A stretch of 64,000 nucleotides of DNA from positions 17,342,171 to 17,406,170 of the forward strand of contig CM119263.1 of the NCBI GenBank assembly GCA_051294375.1. Reading direction: 5' to 3'. Each line of letters starts with the position of its first letter. Positions within the stretch are counted from its first letter, which is position 1. A program made the translations under genes and the position numbers. The notes under the pieces are model-generated. The model made no database searches, had not been told where the DNA came from, and was given only the letters and a program-made list of their open reading frames with translations. The DNA comes from Paraspadella gotoi (taxonomy: Eukaryota > Animalia > Chaetognatha). Below are positions 36,116 through 50,170 of this stretch, one piece after another.

Positions 36116-36400
36116 GTCGTTGATGTGAGGTCAAACGAGCTTCGTTCAAACTCGGGGAGAAAAACACGATTAAAATCGAATCCTTTTTCTTCGTAGCCGC
36201 ACCTTCGTTGAATCTGGTGGGGAACCAAAGAAATCGGGAAACGTGTCTCGAAAGAGAGAGATAGAGAGAGAGAAAGGTAATTGAGTAACCGGCTTTGACG
36301 CTGCAGCCCGGGAGAGTCAGGAAAGGTCGGCGGCGCGGGTGGTGTAATGAAAGAAGGTCGTTCGTCTGCTCGGGTTGTCGCAGCGGTGCAGCGGTCGCCC

Positions 36401-36467
36401 GACCAATCAGCGATGCTTTTCGTAACACACCCCCCTCGGTTCCTTCCCGCGCGGTTCGACCAATGAC
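36401..36467. promoter_or_regulatory. Two CCAAT (NF-Y-type) boxes in the GC-rich 14-3-3 promoter region, divergent from tRNA-Gly
   Basis: gaCCAATcag at 36401 and gaCCAATgac at 36458, in CpG-rich DNA about 290-350 nt upstream of the 14-3-3 ATG. Confidence 0.5.
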
Positions 36468-36601
36468 GACGCGCCATCTAACGTCCTCACCCTTCCTCCT
36501 CCCATTCACATTACTAGGTTTTCTCTTCTTCGGTCCCTTGCTAATTAACGAGAAAGAGAGCGTTCTGGATTTATCAAAGTTTAAAACATCTGACTATCGT
36601 A

Positions 36602-36672
36602 GCACCGCTAGTGTAGTGGTATCATGCAAGATTCCCATTCTTGCGACCCGGGTTCGATTCCCGGGCGGTGCA
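36602..36672 (+). tRNA. tRNA-Gly(CCC)
   Basis: GCACCGCTAGTGTAGTGGTATCATGCAAGATTCCCATTCTTGCGACCCGGGTTCGATTCCCGGGCGGTGCA: acceptor stem GCACCGC/GCGGTGC, anticodon stem CAAGA/TCTTG with CCC, T-loop TTCGATT, downstream T-run. Confidence 0.96.
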
Positions 36673-39600
36673 ACCATTTTGATTCACTATTTGCATAGAA
36701 AAAAAAAAGATTTGTTTTAGCAAAAAAACAGCTGGGCGGAATATTTTTATACAATTGAAACATTCTTTGAAATATTCTACCACTTCATTGATAGAGAAGC
36801 CAGGTACTCCGGGAAAGCTGAAAGCTTGCTGGGACCTGCTATGTCATTATTCGCGGTGCACAGTTCTCGTGGAAAAAACTTATTCACGCTATTCTCATGC
36901 AAACCTTGTGACCAAAATTTTTGCTCTGTCTGATTACTACCATATGCCTTATATTCAAACGAACATAGGCTCTNNNNNNNNNNCAGCTGGGCGGAATATT
37001 TTAATACAATTGAAACATTCTTTGAAATATTCTACCACTTCATNNNNNNNNNNNNNNNNNNNNNNNNNGCCGAAAACGATGAAGACGAAACGATGGTGAA
37101 GATGACGGCAAAGACGAACTCATAAATACTGTCAATAATTTTTTATTATAAATTCGTTGTAAACTGAACCAAATTGCCTATAATTTATTATAACGAGTGA
37201 GATAGAGATGAGAGAGAAAGAAAACATAAAATATGATAAAATCACCATGCCATTTCCATTTATTATCAATTCAATTTTGAAATTTTGCTGGTCACTTTGG
37301 AACTCAAATGATTCCAACAAGACGAAGACGATGACGAACTCTGTACTCTGTAGCCGTAGTACTGGTATGCGTTTTTTCTGTTTTGAAAAATTGATAAGAA
37401 TTAAATGTTATTCATCACTGTTTACTACTTTACAATGGCATTTCAGTGTCAAAAAACGGCATATTATTGTTGAAATTTGTGCAGTTTTTTTCCGTCGATG
37501 TTGAGTTCATCACTTTCCGGTCTGTGCCACCTCGTACGCTGATTATTTTTTTTTCTTCAAAAAATAAAAAATTAAAAAAATCGGGAATAGTTAGAAAATT
37601 ATGGTAAGGATAATTTAATCACTTTTCTTTTCAAAATCAATCCACTATTGGATAGAATGTAACCTCCAACATTAATACTAGTATGAGAAGAAGGGAAGCG
37701 CTCTTTATCTCTCCTAAAATTCAATCAGTATGAACAAGAGTCAAAGGAAACCGGAAAGATATTTCAGGGTCATGACAAATGTTACCAAATAAATAACATC
37801 TTGTTGATTTTAAGAGGATTTGGTTTTTTTTCTGTACTTTCCTGTGCGCATACTGAAAAATATATCCACCATTAAAATTCCTTTATTAAAGGAGGCCCAG
37901 ACGCCAAGAATTCAGCTTTCTGCATTAATAAATAAATCGAAATTATGGAAAAATGACTTCCAAGTGAAAGTAAGAGAATGGAGGGTATCAGTATTTAGGG
38001 GAGATCAATTAAAACATTTTCCAATAAATATCTCGTCCTTGTTCGAATTGCAACAAGAAGATGGGTATTTTTTCTCCCTTTCCCGCGCGAAGAAAAATAA
38101 TGACTATTACCATTCGAATTCCTTAATGATAGACCCTAAGCTTATGATATCATTTTTATCACTGGGTCGCCCTTAAATCTAAATTTAAAATGGACTTTTC
38201 TTAATTTAAATTCTTCGTCAAAAGTTGATAAAAAAATATAACTCATTTTTAAAAATTCTTTCATTAAGTTAAAAACTAAAAAAAAATATTTAATATACAA
38301 AAAAAATTAATTTTAAGCTAAAATATAGGTTTTTAAATTTTTGACCAACTTTAATAAAACAATTTTTAAAGAGAATAATTATTTCTTTTATCAACTTTTT
38401 ATGACAAATCCAAATCTGCAAAAATTTTTTTTAAAAAAACCATTTTTAATTTTAAATTATAGGCTAATACTAAAATATATAATATAGCCTACTGGGTAAA
38501 TTATATTAACATAAATATTATATAACGTTAATCCTCATTTTGATTAATTTAAGTTAAAATTAACTTTTACTAATTGAAATGATCATAAAAATAGATGAAA
38601 AAAATTTAAAAAAATATGAATTGAAATGAAAAGAGTGAATGAAATGATTTGAATAAAATGATTTTGAATAAATTAATTGAAATAAAATTATTAAAATTTA
38701 AAAAAAAAATTAAAAAATAATATATGAATTATATTTGAATAATGAACTGAATAATAAAAAGAGAGAGAAAAAGAGAAGTCCAGCCGCTGAAAATCATAAA
38801 CAAATGAGAGAAAAAAAAAGACCTAATTAAAACCAATCGTTTAGACATTTTTTTCACGACATTCATAGAAACTTCGAAACCACATTCGATTCGAAATAAA
38901 ATTCTCTTTCGTTTGGTATATATAATTAATAAAAATATCGAAGAGTTAAAGCAACTAGGTAACAACATCCAAATTGGACTCTTTCTCACCATATTTATTA
39001 TAATAATTTAGTTAATTATTTAATTTCTGTGACTGATAGATAGTTATTCTTTAATTTATTAAGAATAATCTTTTTTTAAGAATTTAATCAGAACCTCGTC
39101 TGCTAAAGGGGACGAGTTTCTCTGTTCCCGAATTCGGTATTGCAAGCGCTTTAGCGAACTTTCGACCACCGCCGGCAGAACCACCAAAAGGGAGTATGGA
39201 ACGGTTTCTTTGACATTTTTACACTCAGCCCAAAAACCAACGAGATAAAAAATGAGACTGTAATGTCTCGTAAGAAACCTTTGGAAAACTGACGCGCGAA
39301 TCCCTTTGCTTCACAGAAAACAATTGAAGAACTAAGAGAGAACTAAGAAAAAGGTTACAATATCATATTTTAGTAGAATATGAGTAAAGTAAAAATTAGA
39401 TAAATATTATGCACAAATGCTTGTGAGTTTGCAATAATTTTTAAAATCAATTATCATGATATTGCCAAAAGCACACTCATAATAAAATTAATATGAAGTA
39501 AGTTGATCTCGTCTGTTTTTCGTTGGCAAAGAAGCTCACATTCACGTCAAAAAGGAAGCTAACGCCGATGGACGCTACATCTCAAATCTGACGTGATTCT

Positions 39601-41109
39601 TCGTTTTGAGTCACCAGCAGAAATGGATGTCTTAGTGATGTCTAATTACATCTTGTACATTCAATTTTCATTACTGGTTTGCTGTGTCCTCATGGCGGAT
39701 GCCCATTCCTTACTCCTCCCTTCATGAAGATCTAATGGCGTGGCGATCAAGGAATCGCGATGGGTGGCACATGCTGGACTAAGAAAATTGATTTTACATA
39801 CGGAATATCTTTTCTGGCCGCTTCGGTTATTCTTCCTTTGGCTTCAAAAAAAAGTCTCAACTCAAACTAGAATGTCGATGGGCTGAAGCCTTCTTGGAGC
39901 TCGAAAAGGTCCAAGTAGAAAATGGGAAAGCCGAAATACCATGCGTATATGAAAACAGCAAAATAGAAGATTAGTTTCGTCTGATTCATGTGTTGTTTTT
40001 TCAGGTTCATTTGCATATTTTATCAATAATTTTTATATTAATTATATATTATTATAATAGCTTATTTATTAAATGAATGGATAATTTTATATTGGTTGTA
40101 CCAATTTCATATATTTATTTCAATGATAATTAATAATTTATTACACAGCTCTTTCACTTTGAGCCATCTTTTTTGTCGAAACCTGTGGAAGAATGTAATG
40201 ATAACGCCAACTACCACTCATCTGCAAGCTTGTAAATGATTTTCGCCACTCAATGATGCTGGGGGAGAGGGTGGTTAAATTTGCAAGTGATTACAACGGT
40301 TCAATAACCCGTAATAAAATGCAACACGAAGCAATGCTTCAGGGCGTTGAAGAAACTCGTCGATCTCACCTAGGCCAAACGGTGTCTTATGAACTTCAAG
40401 TTAAAGATTCAGTTAACAATAACAATGCAAGAATTGTTTGCCTCTTGCCGTCACTTCATGAGAGAAGATAAATTGGTTTAAAAAAATTAAAATTAACACT
40501 TCCGGTATATTTTGCTTAATACTTTTTATTTAATTTCTTAATAAATTACAACTACATCGGAGTTTTACATTCATTTTCAATCCATAATGATTAAAAACAT
40601 CACATAAGATCCCTTCAACGTTTCAAAATATATGTAAATCAATGAATCTGACGCATGTGGAACTTTGACGCCGCTGGGTCAAGCGAAATCTTTAAATAAG
40701 TTAATCATATAGCACATCATTCGAAGAGAATTTTATTTCGAATCGATGGTGTTTCTGAAGTTTCTATGACCATTTGTGCGGAAAAAATGTGTCTAACAAT
40801 CGTTTATATAAAAAATAAATATAATTATTTTGTAAATAAAACATTAACAAATTCCCGAGTATTATTATAAAACATGGCAATTTCAAAGTCTTGATGATGA
40901 AAATCATATCTAAATTTTTCAACTTCCTATGATTACCTACTTTTTACAATTTTTAATTGTAAAAATGCGTGACGACGTCGATGACAACGGTCAAAAGAAG
41001 CAATTGTAAACGACTATCTTGCCCAAGACGGGCCTAAAGCCCGTCTGGCGAGATAAAAAAAAAAAGATAAACTAGTGCGTTAAATCAAAATCCGTTTGTA
41101 ACCAAATAC

Positions 41110-44100
41110 CTTGAGACCGACGTGTCGTCGATAGTTTCTCGGAAAAGACCTTCAACGAGGCCCGCAATGGCCGTTTGATGCCATGCAATGTGGCTGGAAT
41201 GGCAAAGGCGTTTGTTGACACCAAATCCGGATGATCGGAGAGGCTTTTGATCTTCCCGTCACCTAGAGGAATTCCAGTCTCGGTTGCGTAGTCAACGAAC
41301 TGAACTTTAATCTAAAAAAAAAAAAAAAAAAACAAACAAAAAACAAATTAATAAGAAATTATAAAAATAACTTAGCATTTTAAATATCCTTAACGGGGAC
41401 TGCTACCTGATCATCTTTTAAGTCGAGCACCACGGCCCTGTACCAAGAACCATCGACAGAGTAAACTGCCAAGCAAGGGTCTCCTTTTGCCGGCGCGGTC
41501 AAATCCGGCGCTGACTTCCGACGCCTCCTCCACCTCATCCATAAGCTCCTCCAGCGGGACATCGAATTCCGAGAGCTGCAGGTAAAAGTCCTCCACGCCG
41601 TCGATGTGGGAGACAAAGGCTTCGTGCAGAACCTCACCCCGCTGTCTCCGAATGGGGGGATGTGAATTCGCGGGTAGGGGAAAGGGGTCGAAGGATCGAG
41701 CAACAATTGCGGAGAGGGAGACTTCGACGATATTTGGTTCTCGATTTATCATCTTTTTTTCATCTATCTCTGCTTTTATGTCATTTTGTTTAATGCTTTT
41801 ATTAGATTCGGTCCGAACATATTCTTCTCCGACAATTTGACCGTCGTCGTCCTTGAGAACAACCAAGTACGGTGGTTCCGGGTTTAAGAACTCGGCGTTG
41901 AACTCGCAATCAAGAAGTAGATCGCTGAAGGAGGAAACTTGCGATTCAGTCCAATGAACATCATCGGCCGTCAGCCGACAACGCAGAGCGTGAGGAGCGT
42001 CGTTCACGAAAACTCCAGGAAGGGTTTCACATCTTGGCCGCCAGCTTGCAGAGGCTCTCGGTTTCAAAATCGACGAAAAAGATGTCGACCTTGGAAGAGG
42101 CTGCGTCGACCTTCTCGACTCTCGCCCCGGTACCACTTGTCATCGACGGAATACTTAGCGCAAACCGGGAGGCCTTCCGTCAGGCCCTGGATAGCAAGGG
42201 CGTTCCAAGGCCGCTTTCGCCTCCAGCTGGCCCATCATTGCGTCGATGGCGTCCATGTCGGCCGTCGACTGGACGTAAAACTCTCCGGTCGACAGCAAAA
42301 GTCACGTAGACGCGAAGTTGTTTAGAAAGCAGTGGCCGAGCAGGGAAGGGGCGAAAGGAAACGGGAGGAATTACGGGTGGACGGAACGTAGGAAGATCGG
42401 GAATGGAAGGTTCCGTTGCTGTGGAGGGGGGCGGCGCCGTTCCTGCGTCGGTCGGCCGCTAGGCGTAGGAAGAAAGGAGGATATTTTGGCATTAACTGAG
42501 TCCGATTCGTCGGGAGCGATTCGGACGAAATGAGAATGATTTGGCTCTTTCCGTCTTTTGCTGAGATGACACGAAGCCAGAGCTCAAGTTCGTCGGTGAG
42601 CTGGCTTAACTTGTCTTTAAGGTTAGGGGCGCTGGGAAGGCCGTGGAGAGCGCAAAGATGAGCCTGAGCCGAGAGGCGGGCGAATTGAGAGCGAAGGGAG
42701 CGAACTTTGTCGAGGGACAAATTTTCGCGATTTCCGTAGTCGATGTAATGCACCTCGACCTGATATTTAAGAGCTTTAAATATTACTTTTAAAAACATAC
42801 CTACAAGGAACTAAGACTAAGTAATAATATAAATATAAATGCTTTTGCACAAGGCTAAAAAAAATTCATTAGACCAAGAATTTACAAAACAGTTTACAGA
42901 ACAGAACAACTAGCATAGCCAGAAAAAAGTTTGGTAAAATTTTACTTTCGCCGACCTAGAATTTTGCGTCTTTTAAAAAACTATTTTAAAATACTAATTT
43001 TAAAAAAAATTTAAAAAAATTAAAAAAAAAATTATTACCTAATTAACCTAAACTAAACCCTCTTAACTCCAAGCCACCTTTAACCCTAAATCCCCCCCTA
43101 ACTCGGTCGGCGAAAGTAAAATTAACCCAAAAGTTTTTATAATAATAATAATAACAACAAAAACGAACCTGCTGCGGCGAATAAGTCTTCGTAATCACAG
43201 CCCGATACCATTGGTCATCCTCAGAATATTTAGCGACGCAGTGAGTCCCATTAACCATTCTGGAAACGACCGTCTCCCTGTCGTGAAGAGGATCAGAGTA
43301 AAAAGCCTCAATGGCCGCCATAGTTTCATCGAGTTCGGCGAGACCAGAGACGCGCTGAACCCAAAAGTTGGCGAGGTTATCGACGTGAGATACAACGATC
43401 ATTCTTTAGAGTCGGCCGAGGGGTTCAGAGGCGATGGTTGGAAGGGCGGGCGGAGATCGATGATCGGACGAAGTGGACGAACCGCGAGAAGACGGTTGGT
43501 TCTGCGAGGCGGGCAACCGGTCTTCGAACCAATTTTAGCATCTGCATCCCAAAATTTGTCTCGGCCACTGCGACGGCTATTTTAGCTTTCTTTAATTCTT
43601 CCGACAAATCCCCGATTCGGTCGCACCTCAGTACCACGTCCCACGTACCGACAGCGCTCCAAAGAAACGAAAGAACAGCGGGGTATCTTCACCAACAAGG
43701 TTCTCCAAAAATTCCCCGGCATTATTCCGCCAACCGACTGCTGAGTCATATGGCGCAAGGGACTTAAAGCCGCACTTGATTGCCATGCGGGAAATCGGGC
43801 CAAATCCGGATGAAGTTCCTTCAATGAGTCGAGGATTTGTTTCGGCGTTGCCAAAGTCAATAAATAAATCCTAAAATTAAAAATAATAAAAGCTTAAAAA
43901 TTAATAAAATGAGAAAATGATAATGAGACTGACCTAGCTTCACGACCGTCGGTCTCTCGTATCGCGGCTCGGGTACCAGCGCCCATCGTCTGAAAACTTC
44001 GCTGCACACAGCGACCCGGGCGTTGAACGCTGTAAACGCCGCTCACGAGGAGGCATAGGCTCATAGGTTGCTCAAGTCTGTCGGAGAGTTGCCCGATGAC

Positions 44101-46415
44101 GGATTCTTGCTCGACCAGCTGAACGTAGAACTCGGACGGTCAGTCGTCCAAGAAAACATAACTTCGGAACGCTGCCCGGGCGGATTGTTAAGGAAGGGAG
44201 GTGGGAGTCGATGACCAAGCAGCGGCGCCGCCGACGATGTTATAGCGCGTGGAACGCCTGAAACTGAATGAGCGCCAAACGAGGTCGTAGAAGATCCGAG
44301 GGAGAACGTTTTGACATTCGGTCGTCGGATAAGTGGCCGATTTCCCGGCACCCAGAGCGAACGGCCAGACGTTGGGTAACCATCTCATCCACGACGTTGC
44401 GCTGCATTCTGATTTGCCGTCGTGATAAAAAGTTCGACGATTGCGGCGTCGTTTGTAGCGCGCCCTTTACAACGCCCGTCAAAGTGAACTGACTTAAAGA
44501 TTCGAGATACTCGGTGGCGGCGGGGCTCCAAGAAACCCCGACACTTCCCGGCGCGGGTGCGACCCCATCGAGTAGACAGCGGATGGCCATCGCTTCGTAG
44601 CGAAGCATCGGCGGAGGAAGGCGGGCGCACCTTTCCTCGCCAAAACTCTTCATTGCCGTAGTCGACAAAACGAACCTCGACACGGTCGCCCACGTGCCGG
44701 TGACAACCGCCCGGTACCTGATTGAGGTAGAACAAAGGTGATTGGGTAAAGGGAGGAAACAAAAGAAAGATCAAGATGGTAATAAAAATCGGTAATTCAG
44801 TAAACCTGGCTGAATTTTGGATAAGCAATATAGAAACAAGGAAAATAATTAACTTGGGCAATGTATCTTACGAGTAAAAATTGTATTAGTTATTCTGTAT
44901 TTAATGTTAACTAATATGTTCCCCAAAACAAAATTCGCATATATTTAACATATAAGTCAATAAATGTAAATAAACAAATTTGTTGCGAAAAATCAATCTT
45001 TTCTCTTATTAAATTCAACCAACGAAAAGAAAGAAAAACAACAAAACATATAAGTAATATATAATTATATCTTTTAAAAAATCTGCAAAACTTTCAATAG
45101 TCCAAACTCCTGAAAAGATCAACACGGTTCACAAAATTTTCAGATTATGTAAACTAAATCATAATTTACAAAGAGACCACAAAACCTTTTATTTTAGTCA
45201 CAACTGATCAATATTTTTTGTATTGTTTAAAATAACTTACCAAGCATCATCCTCCGAGTACTGCGCCGCGATGGGCTCGTGGACTCTTGGAGGCCAGTGG
45301 TGCAGCGGAAGCAGCCGACTTTGACTAAAGGCCATCTGCAAAAAGTCCATCAGCTCCGATAATACTGACGCTTTTTCGACAACTTGGCAGAAAACTCGCT
45401 CGGATCTCGCACGAAAACAACATCCACGACATGGGTCCGATCAGACGAAAGTTCCAACGGACGAAAAGGGGAAGCGACGGAAGGGGGCGCGAGGCAGCAG
45501 TGATTTGCACTCCGGATGCGAGACATCGATTTTTCAGCTTATCAAGCAAATCCGAGGAAGGATGCTCGGCATAAATAAAATTAACCGGGGTTGGAGCGGA
45601 TTCCTCCCCGCTTGCGTTGCCGCAGACGACGATTTTGAAAGCGGCGTCAACGATCTCCGAAAACGACTCGATCAACATCCGCTCGCCGACGCCGTTCGTT
45701 AGGGCAGACGTGAGACCGTTAACAGCACAAGGAATTCCCTGAAAAAAAAAAGAGACGTGCTGGACACCCGAAAAATTTCTGTCTATATCGTTCTACTTTT
45801 GGCAAATGGGGATCACCTGGGCGGGAAGCTTGGTGAAATAGGGTTTTAATGGCTGAACCTGGGAACTTTGAAGCTGCTCTTCGTTTCCAAAGTCAATGTA
45901 TCGGACTACGGTGCCTGTTGCAATGCATTTAACTTGACAAACTATCAATTTAAACTGAACCGCTGAACAATGCAGTTTCGATCCCCTCACCAGTGGACAA
46001 TGAGTCGACAACGACACCTCTGTACCAGATTCCATCCACAGCGCTTTTGGCAGCGCAATAAAGGCCTTTTGGAGGCGGAGGGGAGGGCCGTGTCATTCCC
46101 CCATCTCGGCGTGAAGGCGCTGCATTAAGTTGCTAAATGCACTTGCCCACTTTACCAGCTGTGAATTAAGTTTTAAATATAAATTTAACAGACGGGTTTT
46201 TGAAGGAACAATCCAAAAGGAACTTTTATAACCAAGCTTTTGGTTTTCTAAGTTAAAAATCCCTTACGGACCTGAACGAAGACCGTTCCGTCCGGTTCAA
46301 TGTGAGAAACGACGACGTCATACTCGTCGCCAAATGACAAAGTCAACGAAGGGATTTTGACGCCAGTGGCCGATGGGGCAGTTCCGGACGATCGAACTCC
46401 GTGACCCAAAGCCAT
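41110..46415 (-). pseudogene. Frameshifted partial copy of the Tudor gene (first 8 exons), probably artefactual
   Basis: Near-identical to 28505-33855, but many single-base indels break the ORFs and the 3' exons are absent. Confidence 0.7.
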
Positions 46416-47795
46416 TTTCAATTATAAACTTCGTATGAAAATAAATTACGTTTTTTATTATTAACGTTTGAAATTTATAACCGTGGATTTCAGCAAATAT
46501 ACCAACATTACTATTTATGCTGTCATATATCGACGATTGCCAAAGGTATTCCCTGTTATAAATCTTTACTATCCTACGTAATATTGGCTTTTGTAACCCA
46601 ACCAAACCCAAAATGGCTGATTTTACTTTCGCCAACCGGGTTGGTTGGGGTTAGGGGAGGTTAGATTAATGTTTAAGGTTAAGGTAAAAAAAAATTTTTT
46701 TTTTAAAAATAAGTATTTTTTAAATAGTTTTTCAAAAGACGCCAAAACTCGGCAAAAGTAGAAAGGGGTTAATTTTACTTTTGCCGACCTTGGTTAAAGG
46801 TTAGGGTTAAGGGTGGTTTAAAGGTAGTTTAGGGGGTGGTTAAGGTTAAATAGGTTTAGGGTTAAGGTAATTAAATAATATTTTTTAAAAAAATAACTTA
46901 TTAATAGTTTTATAAAATACGCCAAACCCCGGTCGGCTAAAATAAAATTTAAGCATAAAACTTTATATGCTAATCTTTATATAATATTAATATAAACTTT
47001 TTTAAATTTTTTTAAAAGGTTTTCACTTTTCTAGCGCATCCAAGAGTTTACGTCGAGCTTAACTCAGAACAATTTAGTCTCCATAGTACCAAGCTGTGAT
47101 GTAGTTGCAAAAGAAATTGTTGCGTAAGTTTTATTTACAAATTTCCTGAAAAACTTTATAAAATTATTTATCGATAAATGTGATACAAAGAAAAAGTACA
47201 CCGAAAACAAATAAGGGATTAAATTTTACTTTTGCCGACCAGGAATTTGGAATCTAATACTATTTTAAATAAAATATTTAAAAAAATCATTACCAAATTA
47301 CCCTAAAAATTATTACCAAATTACCTTAACCCTCTTAACCCCAACCACCCCTAACCCTCCCTTAACCTCGGTAGGCAAAAGCAAAAATAACCCAAAGAAG
47401 AATGTTCACAATTTTTGAACCAGAACTATTATAATACAAATATAAAATATATAAATCTTGGCACCAATTATTTCCCTTGCGCTTTAAAATGTATTAGGCA
47501 CGTTAAAACAATGGATATAATGACAGGAACATTGAAGGACACGTGTCCCAGACACCCAGAAGTTACTGCGTAAGCGAAAAAAAAAACGATGCAAAAAATA
47601 TGGATGCGCGATCAAGGAAAAGATAAAGCGACGCTGAAAAAACAGGACACGACCCACTTTGTAAAAAGTTAAAAAAAATTTAATATATCCTTTTGAACTA
47701 AGTGAATCTGAAATATATATGACCGCCTAGCGAATAGATCGCTCTTGAGATGTCCCGTACTGAACAGTGCTCTCCACGTCTAAACGAAGAACATT

Positions 47796-48649
47796 TTAAC
47801 TGACGTCTTCGGCAACTTCGTCTGGTTCCCCATCCCCAGACGCGTCCTTGCCAACCCCCGCCTCCGGGGCATCGGACGACCAAAGCGTCAAGTTGTCCCG
47901 CAACAGCTGCATGATCAGCGTGGAGTCTTTGTACGAATCTTCGTTGAGGGTGTCCAGCTCGGCGATGGCGTCGTCAAAGGCTGTCTTGGCCATCTCGCAA
48001 GCCTGGGAGGGCTTGTTGAGGATCTCGTAGTAGAAGACAGAAAAGTTGAGAGCGAGGCCGAGGCGGATCGGGTGAGTGGAAGCCAGCTCTTTCGTCGCGC
48101 AATCCAAGGCCGACTGATAAGCCTTTAGAGCTTGTTGAGACGGGGGCTTCTCAGGGCCAGCGTCGATCTCCGCCAAATAGCTGGAAGCAAAAGAGTTAAA
48201 ATAAGGCAATTTTTAATTTGAACAGCATACATTTATCTCAAGATATTTTTACCGATAGTAGTCTCCTCTCATTTTGTGGTAAAAGACTTGCGATTCTCCG
48301 CTGTTAGTGCAGTTCGGGATCAACTTTTCATCTAACAAGTTGAGGACTTCGTTGCAGATATTGTGGAGTTCCTTCTCGACAACGCACCGAAAATCCTGAA
48401 CCATTTTGACACGGCTCGCACCGTCGGAGCTTTTCGTATCCCTTTCGATGGAAGAGAGAATGCGCCAAGAGGCTCGACGAGCGCCGACGACGTTCTTGTA
48501 GGCGACCGAGAGGAGGTTTCGCTCCTCGACAGTCAGCTCGCCGCCATCTCCGACCACCTCTTCATGGCCTCCACCATCTCGTCGTAGCGCTCCGCTTGCT
48601 CGGCAAGCTTTGCCTTGTAGACCCAATCATCCTTGTTATCCATCGCCAT
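47796..48649 (-). pseudogene. Second 14-3-3 copy with a frameshift near 48558, probably artefactual or allelic
   Basis: accacctcttc versus accaccttcttc in copy 1, plus a net 3-nt loss near 48443; exon 2 is intact. Confidence 0.7.
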
Positions 48650-49131
48650 GTCGTTGATGTGAGGTCAAACGAGCTTCGTTCAAACTCGGGGAGAAAAACA
48701 CGATTAAAATCGAATCCTTTTTCTTCGTAGCCGCACCTTCGTTGAATCTGGTGGGGAACCAAAGAAATCGGGAAACGTGTCTCGAAAGAGAGAGATAGAG
48801 AGAGAGAAAGGTAATTGAGTAACCGGCTTTGACGCTGCAGCCCGGGAGAGTCAGGAAAGGTCGGCGGCGCGGGTGTAATGAAAGAAGGTCGTTCGTCTGC
48901 TCGGGTTGTCGCAGCGGTGCAGCGGTCGCCCGACCAATCAGCGATGCTTTTCGTAACACACCCCCCTCGGTTCCTTCCCGCGCGGTTCGACCAATGACGA
49001 CGCGCCATCTAACGTCCTCACCCTTCCTCCTCCCATTCACATTACTAGGTTTTCTCTTCTTCGGTCCCTTGCTAATTAACGAGAAAGAGAGCGTTCTGGA
49101 TTTATCAAAGTTTAAAACATTGACTATCGCA

Positions 49132-49202
49132 GCACCGCTAGTGTAGTGGTATCATGCAAGATTCCCATTCTTGCGACCCGGGTTCGATTCCCGGGCGGTG
49201 CA
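49132..49202 (+). tRNA. tRNA-Gly(CCC), copy within the duplicated segment
   Basis: Identical to 36602-36672 with nearly the same flanks. Confidence 0.9.
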
Positions 49203-50099
49203 ACCATTTTAATTCACTATTTGCATAGAAAAAAAAAAGGTTTTACCAAAAAAACAGCTGGGCGGAATATTTTAATACAATTGAAACATTCTTTGAAATA
49301 TTCTACCACTTCATTGATAGAGAAGCCAGGTACTCCGGGAAAGCTGAAAGCTTGCTGGGACCTGCTATGTCATTATTTTGTAAGAGTGATGGAGACCTTA
49401 AACCACCAAGCCTGTCCAAAGGCAGGGGTAAGATAACTTGTTTATTAAATGAATGGATAATTTTTATATTGGTTTTACTTTTACCAATTTCATATATATT
49501 GGTTGTACCAATTTCATAAATACAATTTGGTAATCTGAGAACATAAAATATTTTTTTTACAAATTTAGTCAACATGAGCAATTAGCTGGCACTAGCTAAG
49601 AAGGCCTTCTACTTTAAGCCGGAAGGAATGCCATCTATTTTTTGACCGGCAGTAAAATTGAACGACAATAATTTTTAGTTAAAATTTATTCGCTTCTTTG
49701 AAATGCTACTTGCAATAGATGAGTAATCATCGGGCAGTGCTTTCTGAGCCATAAGGAAAATTTCAAATAGTAAATTTACGCATATACGAATAGAAGCTAC
49801 GTTTATTAAAAATATTTTCAAGTATTTTTAGTATCTGTTTTTTTATCGAAACCTTCGTAGTTTTAGCATTTTTTTGACTTGTTATGAAATCGTTATGAAA
49901 TTGATTTAAATAATACAAATTCATGCCTATATGTAAGACAGTTACGAGTTTTAATAGGAATTTTTAACTTAATATTACTTTCAAAGCAGGATCCCTTCTA
50001 TCAATTTGCAATTACAGTCCCGCTGTCGCTGAGTCCCGAAGCCATTTGTTTGCAACATGAATTTTATGAGGTTGATGTTTCAATGATGCAAAACATGGC

Positions 50100-50170
50100 G
50101 CACCGCTGGTGTAGTGGTATCATGCAAGATTCCCATTCTTGCGACTCGGGTTCGATTCCCGGGCGGTGCA
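50100..50170 (+). tRNA. tRNA-Gly(CCC), independent paralog
   Basis: GCACCGCTGGTGTAGTGGTATCATGCAAGATTCCCATTCTTGCGACTCGGGTTCGATTCCCGGGCGGTGCA: two substitutions versus the other copies, unique flanks, TTTTT terminator downstream. Confidence 0.94.

Larger units (their letters stand above)
38171..49377. repeat. About 11.2-kb second copy of 25378-36851 (probable assembly duplication or haplotig)
   Basis: Colinear copy including part of the foldback MITE, the hAT element (about 38842-40795), the Tudor 5' exons, telomeric MITEs, 14-3-3 and tRNA-Gly. Differences are mostly 1-nt indels that are densest at the left end. It starts about 1.1 kb after the N gaps at 36974-36983 and 37044-37068. Confidence 0.95.

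Noticed and set aside
37600-38170. Possible decayed LINE ORF2 fragment between the gaps and the duplicated block
   Set aside because: Only a vague W..D..EW resemblance with many stops; unsupported without a search.
47796-48649. Genuine young 14-3-3 paralog
   Set aside because: It lies in the indel-rich duplicated block that looks like an assembly artefact, so it cannot be counted without read support.
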